The notes beneath the pieces were generated by a model. That model saw only the letters and a list, made by a program, of their open reading frames with translations, did not search any database and was not told the origin of the DNA. Of a stretch of 64,000 nt of DNA, positions 31,128 through 39,559 are shown in pieces. Source of the stretch: Nitrospirota bacterium (GTDB lineage Bacteria > Nitrospirota > Thermodesulfovibrionia > Thermodesulfovibrionales > Dissulfurispiraceae). Each line of letters starts with the position of its first letter. Positions within the stretch are counted from its first letter, which is position 1. Both the position numbers and the translations under genes were made by a program. The DNA is taken from NCBI GenBank assembly GCA_963790025.1, contig CAWBMP010000004.1, positions 1,184,001 through 1,248,000 of the forward strand, written 5' to 3'.

Positions 31128-32114
31128 TGGGGTCAGGCTTGCATACGTGCATTTAAGTGTGCCATATTTTGGCATCATGGCAAGGCCGCCACGCATAGAA
31201 TTTCCCGGAGCATTTTATCATGTAATAGTCCGTGGCAATCGGAAGCAGGACATTTTTATAGATGAACAAGATAGGCTTGAGTATCTTGAGCGCATAAAAC
31301 GTTATAAAGAAAAATGCGGATTTATTTTTTATGCATACATCCTTATGACAAACCATGTACATTTACTCATTGAGACCCCCAAAGCGCCTTTATCAAAGAT
31401 AATGCAACTTATAAATTTCACATACACAAAGTATTTTAATAAGAAATACAATAAGGTCGGGCATCTTTTTGGGGGCAGGTATAAGTCTTTTCTGTGTGAC
31501 CGGGACGAATATCTTTTAGGGCTGCTCAGATATATACATCTGAATCCGGTACGTGCAGGAATAGTAAGCAGACCGGAGGCTTACAAATGGAGCAGTCATA
31601 ATCAATACTTAAAGGAAGGTAATGGGATAGTTGACGCTGACAGGGTATTAAGGCTTTTTTCGGAGAAAGTATCAGAAGCTAGGAAGCGATACAGAGGTTT
31701 TGTAAAAGAGGCGATAGGAGCTGAAAGAGAGGACTCTTTTTACGAGGCTGTAGATCAGCAGATAGTAGGAGGCGATAAGTTTTTAGAAATAATAGAAGAT
31801 AAAATTGATGAATTGGACAGGCCGATAAGAAAGCTTACCTTGAAAAAGGCCATAAAGGCAGTAGAGGAAGTGACAGGCGTACTTTGGGATGGGATAAGCT
31901 CCCGAAGCAGGAGGAAGGAAGTAATATTTGCGCGAGGATTATTAGTTGGGGTATGGAGAGAGGCGGGGCATCGGATGGTGAACTTACAGCCCCAACTGAG
32001 GAGGGACTTATCAGTGCTATCAAGATTGTCAAAAATCGCAGAGAGTGAAAGAGGACGAAAAGCCATGAAACAAATATTTCACATGCTAAATGCATGAACG
32101 CAAGCCTGACCCCA
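31128..32114 (+). mobile_element. RAYT-like HUH/Y1 element copy 2 (987 bp, intact ORF)
   Basis: Perfect 15-bp inverted ends TGGGGTCAGGCTTGC / GCAAGCCTGACCCCA, extending to 25/28 bp; no target duplication. Confidence 0.95.
31177..32097 (+). CDS. REP-associated-type tyrosine (Y1/HUH) transposase with C-terminal DnaA_C-like HTH
   Basis: MARPPRIEFPGAFYHVIVRGN, HUH motif NHVHL, catalytic RYIHLNPVRAG, WSS; C-terminal AVEEVTGV...SRSRRKEVIFAR. Confidence 0.92.
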   Translation: MARPPRIEFPGAFYHVIVRGNRKQDIFIDEQDRLEYLERIKRYKEKCGFIFYAYILMTNHVHLLIETPKAPLSKIMQLINFTYTKYFNKKYNKVGHLFGGRYKSFLCDRDEYLLGLLRYIHLNPVRAGIVSRPEAYKWSSHNQYLKEGNGIVDADRVLRLFSEKVSEARKRYRGFVKEAIGAEREDSFYEAVDQQIVGGDKFLEIIEDKIDELDRPIRKLTLKKAIKAVEEVTGVLWDGISSRSRRKEVIFARGLLVGVWREAGHRMVNLQPQLRRDLSVLSRLSKIAESERGRKAMKQIFHMLNA

Positions 32115-32279
32115 GCAATCTTCTTACAGGAAGAACTTGGTGAGTGTCTGGCACCCCTGAGAAATATGTTGGTTGGAATAAGGTATAAAACAGCATTTCG
32201 TGTAGAATCAGAATTTACACGCTGTTAATAGACAATCCTCTCCTCTGAGAGTTTTCTTAAATGCTTTTACAGTTTACAG

Positions 32280-32390
32280 CTATTTTTTCTTGTGAGATGC
32301 ACAGAATTTAGATTTCCCACTTGCGGACTTCTTACATTGCTTTCCTTCTTTCGTCTTTCCAGCACATTTCGCTTTCATTGCTGTTGCCAT
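32280..32390 (-). CDS. 36-aa basic CCCH zinc-finger-like small protein (below the ORF-track cut-off)
   Basis: MATAMKAKCAGKTKEGKQCKKSASGKSKFCASHKKK; AGGAGG RBS 4 nt upstream. Confidence 0.75.
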   Translation of the reverse strand: MATAMKAKCAGKTKEGKQCKKSASGKSKFCASHKKK

Positions 32391-32745
32391 GTTGCCTCCT
32401 CTTAATTTTAGTTTAAACGAATTGTATCACATTGAGAAATAGATTGGGAATATTTTAAATTTATTTTAGAATTAGCTGTAGGCGATATCTGAAAGTGACC
32501 TAAGGATGATACGGCCCAGGCCCATTCCAATTTATCACCTCTTCCGGAGCAAACCTGCCAACCCTGGCAAGGGAAGCGTCGGCTTTGTCCCGGAACAGGC
32601 GCGGTGATTTGCTTCTTCCTGTAATCTTGCTTTCCATAACTTTCTGAGATATTGTATATTTCTACCGTAAATAGATGGTTTTTATTCCGTAATCGCATCG
32701 TGAGAGGTTGATTGGAAAATAGAAAGAGGATTCTTAAGGAGAGAA

Positions 32746-33336
32746 ATGCAAGTAAATAGAACCGACCGTTTTTCTACTTTGTTAAGAAACAGCCCTTTTT
32801 CTTTCATCTGGCCTTCGTTGGTTATGCTTATATTAATTGTAGCGCTCGTGATTTTTATTTATAGCGATATGAATGCACTTTTAATGATTATATTTATAAT
32901 TGGTTTTTTAATATTTTGCATAATGGGAACTGTGGAGTTCAGGCTGGGACCGAAGAGAATTATATCCTTCATAATCCCAATTGTTATTTTGATTATCTCT
33001 GTTATTGGGGGATGCCCATATTTGATGCCATATCCGTCCGCACAGATGGTTGGAGTAAAGACAGCGTCAGAACTGAAGGCGTATGTTTGTAGCGGAAGAA
33101 AGTATGTCGGTGGGGAGCCGTGTGGAACAAAAAATGTTCAATGGAAACCAGGCATAGGAGATTTGGCACTAATATACGTATACGGTGTTAATAATGAGTC
33201 GGAAATTAATTATTTAGTAGAACTTGCAAGAATCAGTCGCGGTAGCACATATAAAAAAACATCAATAAAAATCAAGTTTTATTCAGACCTGAAAAAATCA
33301 GAACTTGTTAAAGACATCACCATAAAAGGAGAATGA
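32746..33336 (+). CDS. Hypothetical membrane protein
   Basis: Three N-terminal TM segments, RBS AAGGAG, low GC. Confidence 0.7.
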   Translation: MQVNRTDRFSTLLRNSPFSFIWPSLVMLILIVALVIFIYSDMNALLMIIFIIGFLIFCIMGTVEFRLGPKRIISFIIPIVILIISVIGGCPYLMPYPSAQMVGVKTASELKAYVCSGRKYVGGEPCGTKNVQWKPGIGDLALIYVYGVNNESEINYLVELARISRGSTYKKTSIKIKFYSDLKKSELVKDITIKGE

Positions 33337-33459
33337 TATGTCCCGAACATTTACAGTAATTGTAAACGGAAGCCGTAAAAATTACACCCCCTTAACTTTA
33401 CATTCACGTTCGTTTCTTCTGTAAATCTTCAGCCTCTACACGTATCTGATTACGAGGAC

Positions 33460-33668
33460 TTGTCGGTGGACTCACGTCTTTGGTTGGCGACCGCTGATCT
33501 TTCAAGTATCTGTCCTGTTGTCATCAAAATATAGCCAATTAATGATTGGCTATGGCAAATATATATTCCATTTTATTAAAATGAAATGATGTTATAAAGA
33601 ATCGGAGATAAATAAATGGAATATTATGTGCACCATGTGCCTGGGAGATTAAGAATTCAAACGCCGTT
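33460..33668 (+). repeat. 209-bp direct repeat, copy A
   Basis: Matches 38493-38701 with 5 mismatches; contains the palindrome ATAGCCAAT-N5-ATTGGCTAT and the HMA2 gene start. Confidence 0.95.
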
Positions 33669-33948
33669 TATTCACCATAATGAGGCCAATGCCCATACAT
33701 TATGTGAGTATATCCGGGGGGTTACAGGCGTTACATCGCTTGAAGCCCATGCTCTTACCGGCAGCATCACGATTTATTATGATCCTAAATGCGTCAGCTG
33801 TGAAAAACTCCTTTGCATGCTTGAGAAAAGGGGATGGTTCAATCTGATGCATGCCAAAACAAATGATGAAGTAGTTAAAGAAGAATCCGAAAAGGTAATA
33901 GAAGCTGCCGTCAAGATAGCAGAGACGGTTGAAGGCGAGATTGAGTAA
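33616..33948 (+). CDS. HMA2 heavy-metal-associated domain protein
   Basis: YVHHVPGRLRI, GVTSLEAHALTGSITIYYD. Confidence 0.8.
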   Translation: MEYYVHHVPGRLRIQTPFIHHNEANAHTLCEYIRGVTGVTSLEAHALTGSITIYYDPKCVSCEKLLCMLEKRGWFNLMHAKTNDEVVKEESEKVIEAAVKIAETVEGEIE

Positions 33949-33950
33949 GA

Positions 33951-34211
33951 GTGGACGACAGAGAGCAAAGAGAACAGGCTTTCGCAGAACAACTGGCTAC
34001 CGAGATCGCACAGAATAAAGATGCCATTGCAGCAATCTTCAAGAGAAGCAAGGTGAGGCAATGTGGAGGTAAGTGCAAAGGGTTTAAGAAAGCGAATTTT
34101 AGCGACTTGTGCCCAGAATGTTTGCAAGCACTTGAAATTGAGACTGCCGAAATATTCTCTGTATCTCCCGAATTGAGTATGCTCGGTGATGTTATGAACA
34201 GCCGGGATTGA
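33951..34211 (+). CDS. Hypothetical Cys-containing small protein
   Basis: CGGKC...LCPEC; starts 2 bp after the HMA2 stop. Confidence 0.5.
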   Translation: MDDREQREQAFAEQLATEIAQNKDAIAAIFKRSKVRQCGGKCKGFKKANFSDLCPECLQALEIETAEIFSVSPELSMLGDVMNSRD

Positions 34212-34276
34212 AAATAGGGATAATCATTGCCATTGAATGAGGAGAAAAAATTAGTTTTGGCTGAAACGGTACAAGG

Positions 34277-34945
34277 ATGACTAAAACGGAAAAAAAATAC
34301 GAAATAACTAACGAAACAATGAGAAGTAAAAATGGAACTGGAAAAGGAATAGTGTTACACAGAATCCGAGCATTAAAGCATTTTGGGGATGTAATAAAAG
34401 GTGATTATGGAGGCTGGATACAAGAAGAATATAACTTGTCACACGAAGGCAACTGTTGGGTTGCCGAGGAAGCAATAGTTTGTAACAATGCAAAGGTTTA
34501 TGGTGACTCATTTGTATATGGCCATGCAAAGGTTTTCGATGAAGCAATGGTTTATGGCAATGCGAGAGTTTTTGGTGACGCACGAGTATATGGCAATGCA
34601 AAGGTTTTTGATGAAGCAATGGTTTATGGCAATGCAACGGTTTTTCATTATGCAAGAATCTTTGGCAATGCACATATTTATGACAATGCAAAAGTCTTTG
34701 GTGGTCCAACTATTTTTGATTTTGCAAGAGTTTTTAATGAAGCACGAGTTTTTGGCAATGCACGTGTTGGTGGTAAAGCAAGGGTTTCTGGGCGTGCACA
34801 AGTCTTTGATTATACAAAAGTCCTTGAAAATGCGGTAGTTTGTGATGAAGCAAAGGTTTCTGGCAATGCAATAGTTTCTGGTAATGGAACAGTATCTGGT
34901 AAGACCGAGGTTTTTGGAGACGAAAAAATTTATGGTAACGATTAA
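34277..34945 (+). CDS. Phage-related left-handed beta-helix (hexapeptide repeat) protein
   Basis: LHRIRALKHFGDV..GDYGGWIQEEYNLSHEGNCWV followed by about 25 (GNA-K/R-V-F/Y) repeats. Confidence 0.85.
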   Translation: MTKTEKKYEITNETMRSKNGTGKGIVLHRIRALKHFGDVIKGDYGGWIQEEYNLSHEGNCWVAEEAIVCNNAKVYGDSFVYGHAKVFDEAMVYGNARVFGDARVYGNAKVFDEAMVYGNATVFHYARIFGNAHIYDNAKVFGGPTIFDFARVFNEARVFGNARVGGKARVSGRAQVFDYTKVLENAVVCDEAKVSGNAIVSGNGTVSGKTEVFGDEKIYGND

Positions 34946-35301
34946 ATTTCATAACAAATAAATAAGGCTCCTTGGCAATAAATAAAACACAGGGAATAGA
35001 AAAATACAGAGACCAAGCCCCTTTAATCACACGCTCCGTTCCGGCGACCTCCGGGGGCAAGCGTTTTACGATGAGAATCTATGCGAAATAAAGCCAGCGA
35101 TGCTGTGGATTTACTGAATGATTTCATTGGTGATTTAATCACCGGAACTAACGTCCTCCGTGAATACATGAAGGAGCAAAGGGAAGGGCGACTGTAAATG
35201 TCAGAGCGGTAACAACGGTAAAGATTGCAAATGCGGTCACTGCTCCGAACCCAAAAGTAAAACCTAAAACTGACAGGAAAACGGGCAAGTCTGCGAATTC
35301 C

Positions 35302-35341
35302 CCTGAGTGAAACGTCAATTAAAAAAGGCGTTTCACTCAGG
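35302..35341. terminator. Strong hairpin between convergent genes (terminator or REP-like)
   Basis: CCTGAGTGAAACG ... CGTTTCACTCAGG, 13-bp perfect stem, no U-tract. Confidence 0.5.
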
Positions 35342-35387
35342 TCTGCTTATAGTCATTGCGTGGAGCTCATGCCCTGGAAAGTCTTTT

Positions 35388-36167
35388 TCAACCTATCTGG
35401 ACAGCAAGCATTGAGACTGAGCCGCCATCAACCCCCTGTACCGGAAAACTAATCTCCTCATTTTCTTTGCGAAGACCAAGCACATAGAGCAACGGCAGGT
35501 AGTGGTCCGGCGTCGGGACAGAGAGCATGGCGTCTCGGCCCAGATTCTCGTAAGCGACAACATGGGTATCGTGGCCTTTTAGAATAAACTCCCGCACCTG
35601 TTTCTCGAATCGCACCGCCCAGTCAAAAGCCTGAACCCCATGGTCACCCCAGGCATAGGTGTGCAGATTGTGAACAATATTGCCGCTACCGATGACCAAA
35701 ACGCCTTCCTCCCTAAGAGCCGCAAGCCGTTTGCCTATTTCATAATGGAATCCAGGGGGCTGTCTCTCATCAATGCTGAGTTGAACAACGGGGATATCTG
35801 CCTTTGGAAAGATGTGAGTCAGCACGGTCCACGTTCCATGGTCAATTCCCCAGGTTTCATCTAGTCCTACCGCGACAGGGGAAAGCAGATCCTTGACTCG
35901 CCGGGCAAGTTCGGGACTACCGGGCGCCGGATACTGGACCTGATAGAGTTCTCGCGGGAAGCCACCAAAATCATGGATTGTTCGAGGCATGAGGTTCGCC
36001 GTCACCGAGCAAGCCGGTACGTACCAGTGGGCAGACACGGCAAGCACGGCTTTGGGATGCGGGATCGCTCTGCCGATAGAAGCCCACCCGTCAGTGTAAC
36101 CATTCTTGGATAACGCATTCATCGGATTGCCATGTCCAAGGAATATAACCGGCATGAAATCAGTCAT
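35388..36167 (-). CDS. ygiD: 4,5-DOPA extradiol dioxygenase (LigB family)
   Basis: FLGHGNPMN, SAHW, TIHDFGGFP, GIDHGTW, GSGNIVHNL, PTPDHYLP. Confidence 0.9.
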   Translation of the reverse strand: MTDFMPVIFLGHGNPMNALSKNGYTDGWASIGRAIPHPKAVLAVSAHWYVPACSVTANLMPRTIHDFGGFPRELYQVQYPAPGSPELARRVKDLLSPVAVGLDETWGIDHGTWTVLTHIFPKADIPVVQLSIDERQPPGFHYEIGKRLAALREEGVLVIGSGNIVHNLHTYAWGDHGVQAFDWAVRFEKQVREFILKGHDTHVVAYENLGRDAMLSVPTPDHYLPLLYVLGLRKENEEISFPVQGVDGGSVSMLAVQIG

Positions 36168-36195
36168 GAAAACTTCTCCTTAATTTCCCGCCATT

Positions 36196-37098
36196 CTATT
36201 TGATAAACGTACCGTTTCGGTATTCTTCAAATGCGACTTCCAGTTCCTCATCCGTATTCATCACAATCGGGCCGTACCAGGCCACGGGCTCCTTAATGGG
36301 TCTGCCAGATATGAGCAGGAAGCGCACGGGTTCGCCCTCGGCCGAGACGGTCACCTGATCGCCGTCGTCAAAGAGCACCGCAGTCCCGTTGTGGATGAAG
36401 GGATCACGCTTCATGTCAAAATAGTTCTCGCCCAGGGCATCATAGGCAAAGGGGTTCTTCTCATTGCAGAAGACGCCTTTGCCCCCGATCACGTAGGCAA
36501 AGACCGTATGACCGCGCGGGGTCAGGTGGACGAACTCGGAAAGGGCCGGAAGCGAAATATCGAGATATTCAGGCTCGATTACGATGTCCCTAACCGGACC
36601 CTGTCTGCCCTCCACGGTTCCGCAGATGACCTTTATCTTCGCGCCACTCTTGGTGACGACCTCCGGCACCTGCGAACTCTTGATATCACGGTACCGGGGT
36701 GCCATCATCTTGTGTGATCTGGGGAGGTTGGCCCAAAGTTGAAATCCCTCCATAACCCCGTCGTTGTCTCCCCGCGGCATCTCCTGATGGATGATGCCGC
36801 TTCCCGCAGTCATCCACTGCATATCTCCCGACGTGATAACACCTTTGTTGCCCATGCTGTCTCCGTGCTCCACGTCGCCTTTGAGCACGTACGTAATCGT
36901 CTCGATGCCGCGATGCGGGTGCCAGGGAAACCCTTTGATATACTGATAGGGATCGGTGTTGCGGAAATCGTCGAGCATTAGAAAGGGGTCGAAGAGCGGG
37001 ACCTCGCTGTTGCCAAACACCCGCCTAAGATTGACTCCCGCGCCTTCCAGTGTGGGTTTGCTTTTGAACATTTTCCTGATCTTTCGGTTTTCCGTCAT
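36196..37098 (-). CDS. Pirin family protein
   Basis: DPFLMLD, GFPWHPHRGIETIT, WMTAGSGIIHQE, GPIVMN. Confidence 0.95.
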   Translation of the reverse strand: MTENRKIRKMFKSKPTLEGAGVNLRRVFGNSEVPLFDPFLMLDDFRNTDPYQYIKGFPWHPHRGIETITYVLKGDVEHGDSMGNKGVITSGDMQWMTAGSGIIHQEMPRGDNDGVMEGFQLWANLPRSHKMMAPRYRDIKSSQVPEVVTKSGAKIKVICGTVEGRQGPVRDIVIEPEYLDISLPALSEFVHLTPRGHTVFAYVIGGKGVFCNEKNPFAYDALGENYFDMKRDPFIHNGTAVLFDDGDQVTVSAEGEPVRFLLISGRPIKEPVAWYGPIVMNTDEELEVAFEEYRNGTFIK

Positions 37099-37162
37099 GG
37101 TACTCCTCCTTTCAACGGAAACTGCATCCGGACCGATAAAACGCCTTTGGTCACTCCCTCCC

Positions 37163-37717
37163 TCAGAGCATGATCGTCGCAACCCAGGCTGCGAACGCGC
37201 CCATGAATTTCGCGGCATGTTCCCGGGTTGAATCATTGCTGAGATTACCCTCCTCATCGAAGAGATTCGCTGCATTCCCGATGTAAGCTTCAGGTTGCTG
37301 CATAACGGGGATATTAAGGAACACCATTGATTGTCTCAGGTGATGGTTTGCGCCGAATCCCCCCATGCCGCCGGGTGAGACACTCATTACGGCGCCTGGT
37401 TTGCCGTCCCACGCGCTTTTCCCGTAGGGACGGGACCCCACGTCGATAGCATTCTTGAGCACCCCTGGAACTGAGCGGTTGTACTCTGGGGTGACAAACA
37501 ATACGCCGTCGAACTTCTTTATGCGTTGTCGAAACTCTACCCACGCAGCAGGCGGATTGTCATCGAGATCCTGGTTGTATAGCGGGAGTTCCCCGATCTC
37601 GACAATTTCGAGAGTTAAAGAATCAGGCGAAAGCTTTATCAAAGCCTTTGCCATTTTACGGTTGAATGACTCCTTGCGAAGGCTCCCTACAAGAACTGCG
37701 ATCTTATGCTGTGCCAT
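37163..37717 (-). CDS. NADPH-dependent FMN reductase (ChrR-like)
   Basis: VGSLRKESFN, TPEYNRSVPGVLKNAID. Confidence 0.93.
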   Translation of the reverse strand: MAQHKIAVLVGSLRKESFNRKMAKALIKLSPDSLTLEIVEIGELPLYNQDLDDNPPAAWVEFRQRIKKFDGVLFVTPEYNRSVPGVLKNAIDVGSRPYGKSAWDGKPGAVMSVSPGGMGGFGANHHLRQSMVFLNIPVMQQPEAYIGNAANLFDEEGNLSNDSTREHAAKFMGAFAAWVATIML

Positions 37718-37741
37718 TACCTTTCCTTCCTCATTGTCTTT

Positions 37742-38332
37742 CTAATTTCCTATGCCAATCTGTTTCATGTATGTCGCATTGTCCCAAAACAGCCATTCTT
37801 CGATCATCACGCCGTCTTTCCAATGTCCCACAGTGCACATGTTGATGGAAAACTTCTTACCTGTGGGCTGAATGAACTTCCCGTCCCCGATTGGCATCGG
37901 CTTGGTAAAGGTCCCGCTCATGACTCCTATTACGGAGGTCCATTCTCCAGATCCGATCTTTACCGGGTGAACTTTTATGTTCGTATCGGGCGCATACACG
38001 AACATCGCCTTGAGGTCTTCGATATGCCTATCGATGCCGGTCGTGTAATGCCCATCAGGCCAGTTGACCTTGACATCTTTTGAATGGCTCTCATGCAGCC
38101 GTGTCCATTCCTGATTGCTGAATACGACGAAATCCAGTTCATCAAAGGTCTTCAGGTTTGTGTCAACCGTTGCCTTATCATCAGTATACTTTTTTAATTC
38201 CTTTTTCACTTCATCGATCTTTGCCTGCATTTCAGGAGAGTAGCCGCCTTGCCGGTCACCTGCCAATACCGGGGTCATAAAAGCCAATAAAAGTGCTGCA
38301 ATCATACATAAACCAACAATTACGCCCCTCAT
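37742..38332 (-). CDS. Secreted SnoaL-like ester cyclase family protein
   Basis: Signal peptide; VNWPDGH, PTGKKF, EEWLFWD. Confidence 0.8.
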   Translation of the reverse strand: MRGVIVGLCMIAALLLAFMTPVLAGDRQGGYSPEMQAKIDEVKKELKKYTDDKATVDTNLKTFDELDFVVFSNQEWTRLHESHSKDVKVNWPDGHYTTGIDRHIEDLKAMFVYAPDTNIKVHPVKIGSGEWTSVIGVMSGTFTKPMPIGDGKFIQPTGKKFSINMCTVGHWKDGVMIEEWLFWDNATYMKQIGIGN

Positions 38333-38492
38333 TTTGCTCCTACTTAATCTCCAATTAGTTCTCACGAAGGGTTCATCCCATCACTATTATCATCCTATCA
38401 GAGTCGATGTCTATTGTCTATTAAATGATTTCCTAAGGTGTTTTATTCCGATTGTAACCTTGATGGAGTTTCGGCTTCCCGAAAGTATTGAT

Positions 38493-38701
38493 TTGTCGGT
38501 GTACTCACGTCTTTGCTTGGCGACCGCTGATCTTTCAAGTATCTGTCCTGTTGTCATCAAAATATAGCCAATTAATGATTGGCTGTGGCAAATATATATT
38601 CCATTTTATTAAAATGAAATGATGTTATAAAGAATCGGAGATAAATAAATGGAATATTATGTGCACCACATGCCTGGGAGATTAAGAATTCAAACGCCGT
38701 T
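38493..38701 (+). repeat. 209-bp direct repeat, copy B (truncated HMA2 start)
   Basis: Matches 33460-33668 and ends 8 bp before the orphan RAYT left end. Confidence 0.95.
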
Positions 38702-38709
38702 GGAAACAA

Positions 38710-38753
38710 TGGGGTCAGGCTTGCATACGTGCATTTAAGTGTGCTATATTTTG
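38710..38753 (+). mobile_element. Orphan left end of the RAYT-like element containing a sigma70-like promoter
   Basis: TGGGGTCAGGCTTGCATACGTGCATTTAAGTGTGCTATATTTTG; TTGCAT-N18-TATATT with TG extension. Confidence 0.9.
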
Positions 38754-38793
38754 CTCAAAAGTTAAAAGGTGAGGCGTTAGAAGAGGAGGTTTT

Positions 38794-39276
38794 ATGGAAT
38801 TCAAGGGGATAAGAGTTGATATACCGGAGGGGTGCAACATCATATTGGGCCAGACTCATTTTATCAAAACCGCAGAGGACCTATACGAGATAATTGCGAC
38901 TGCGGTGCCACAGGCGAAATTCGGTGTAGCCTTCACAGAGGCATCAGGTCCCTGCCTTATCAGGACCGAGGGCAATGACAACGGACTCATTCAGGGCTGC
39001 GTCAAGATTCTTCAGGATATAGGTGCAGGTCACGTCTTCTGTATTCTGCTGAAGGAAGCCTATCCGGTCAATGTGCTCAACCAGATAAAGAACTGCCAGG
39101 AGGTATGCAGGATATATTGCGCAACAGCCAATCCTTTAGAGGTATTGGTCGCCGTCACCCAACAGGGTGGCGGCGTCATCGGGGTTGTGGACGGTTTTTC
39201 CCCAAAGGGTGTTGAAACCTCTGAAGACAAAAAACAGAGGAAAGAGTTCCTGAGAGATATAGGTTATAAATTATAG
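38794..39276 (+). CDS. Adenosine-specific kinase family (DUF355) protein
   Basis: [34 protein letters not shown]. Confidence 0.9.
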   Translation: MEFKGIRVDIPEGCNIILGQTHFIKTAEDLYEIIATAVPQAKFGVAFTEASGPCLIRTEGNDNGLIQGCVKILQDIGAGHVFCILLKEAYPVNVLNQIKNCQEVCRIYCATANPLEVLVAVTQQGGGVIGVVDGFSPKGVETSEDKKQRKEFLRDIGYKL

Positions 39277-39299
39277 ACATTTATTCTGTCGACAGAAAA

Positions 39300-39545
39300 T
39301 CATTTGCCGACGCAGAACTCGTTGAAAATCCTATTTAGGATATCTAAGGCGGTTACTGTTCCGACTATCTCTCCCAGTTTGTCGAGGGCATCCCGTATTT
39401 CTAAGGCAACGATTTCGAGCTGCCCGGCAAGATTTTTATTTATACTCTGCATAGGGTTGCGCGAGTCCGAAACTATCAAGTTTCTGTGAGCAACAAAAAA
39501 GTGCAAGCGAGTCTGTAGAAGGACTCGTTCCAGCGCGCTTCGCAT
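39300..39545 (-). pseudogene. mnmE: Orphan 3' fragment of tRNA modification GTPase MnmE
   Basis: EIVALEIRDALDKLGEIVG...DILNRIFNEFCVGK is the MnmE C-terminal signature. Confidence 0.8.
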
Positions 39546-39559
39546 GATTGGACCTGCGT

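Noticed and set aside
35020..35070. Integron attC site
   Set aside because: No convincing RYYYAAC/GTTRRRY pairing and no integron integrase in the window.
33460..38701. Diversity-generating retroelement TR/VR pair
   Set aside because: No reverse transcriptase in the window; mismatches are not adenine-specific; the repeat covers a gene 5' end.
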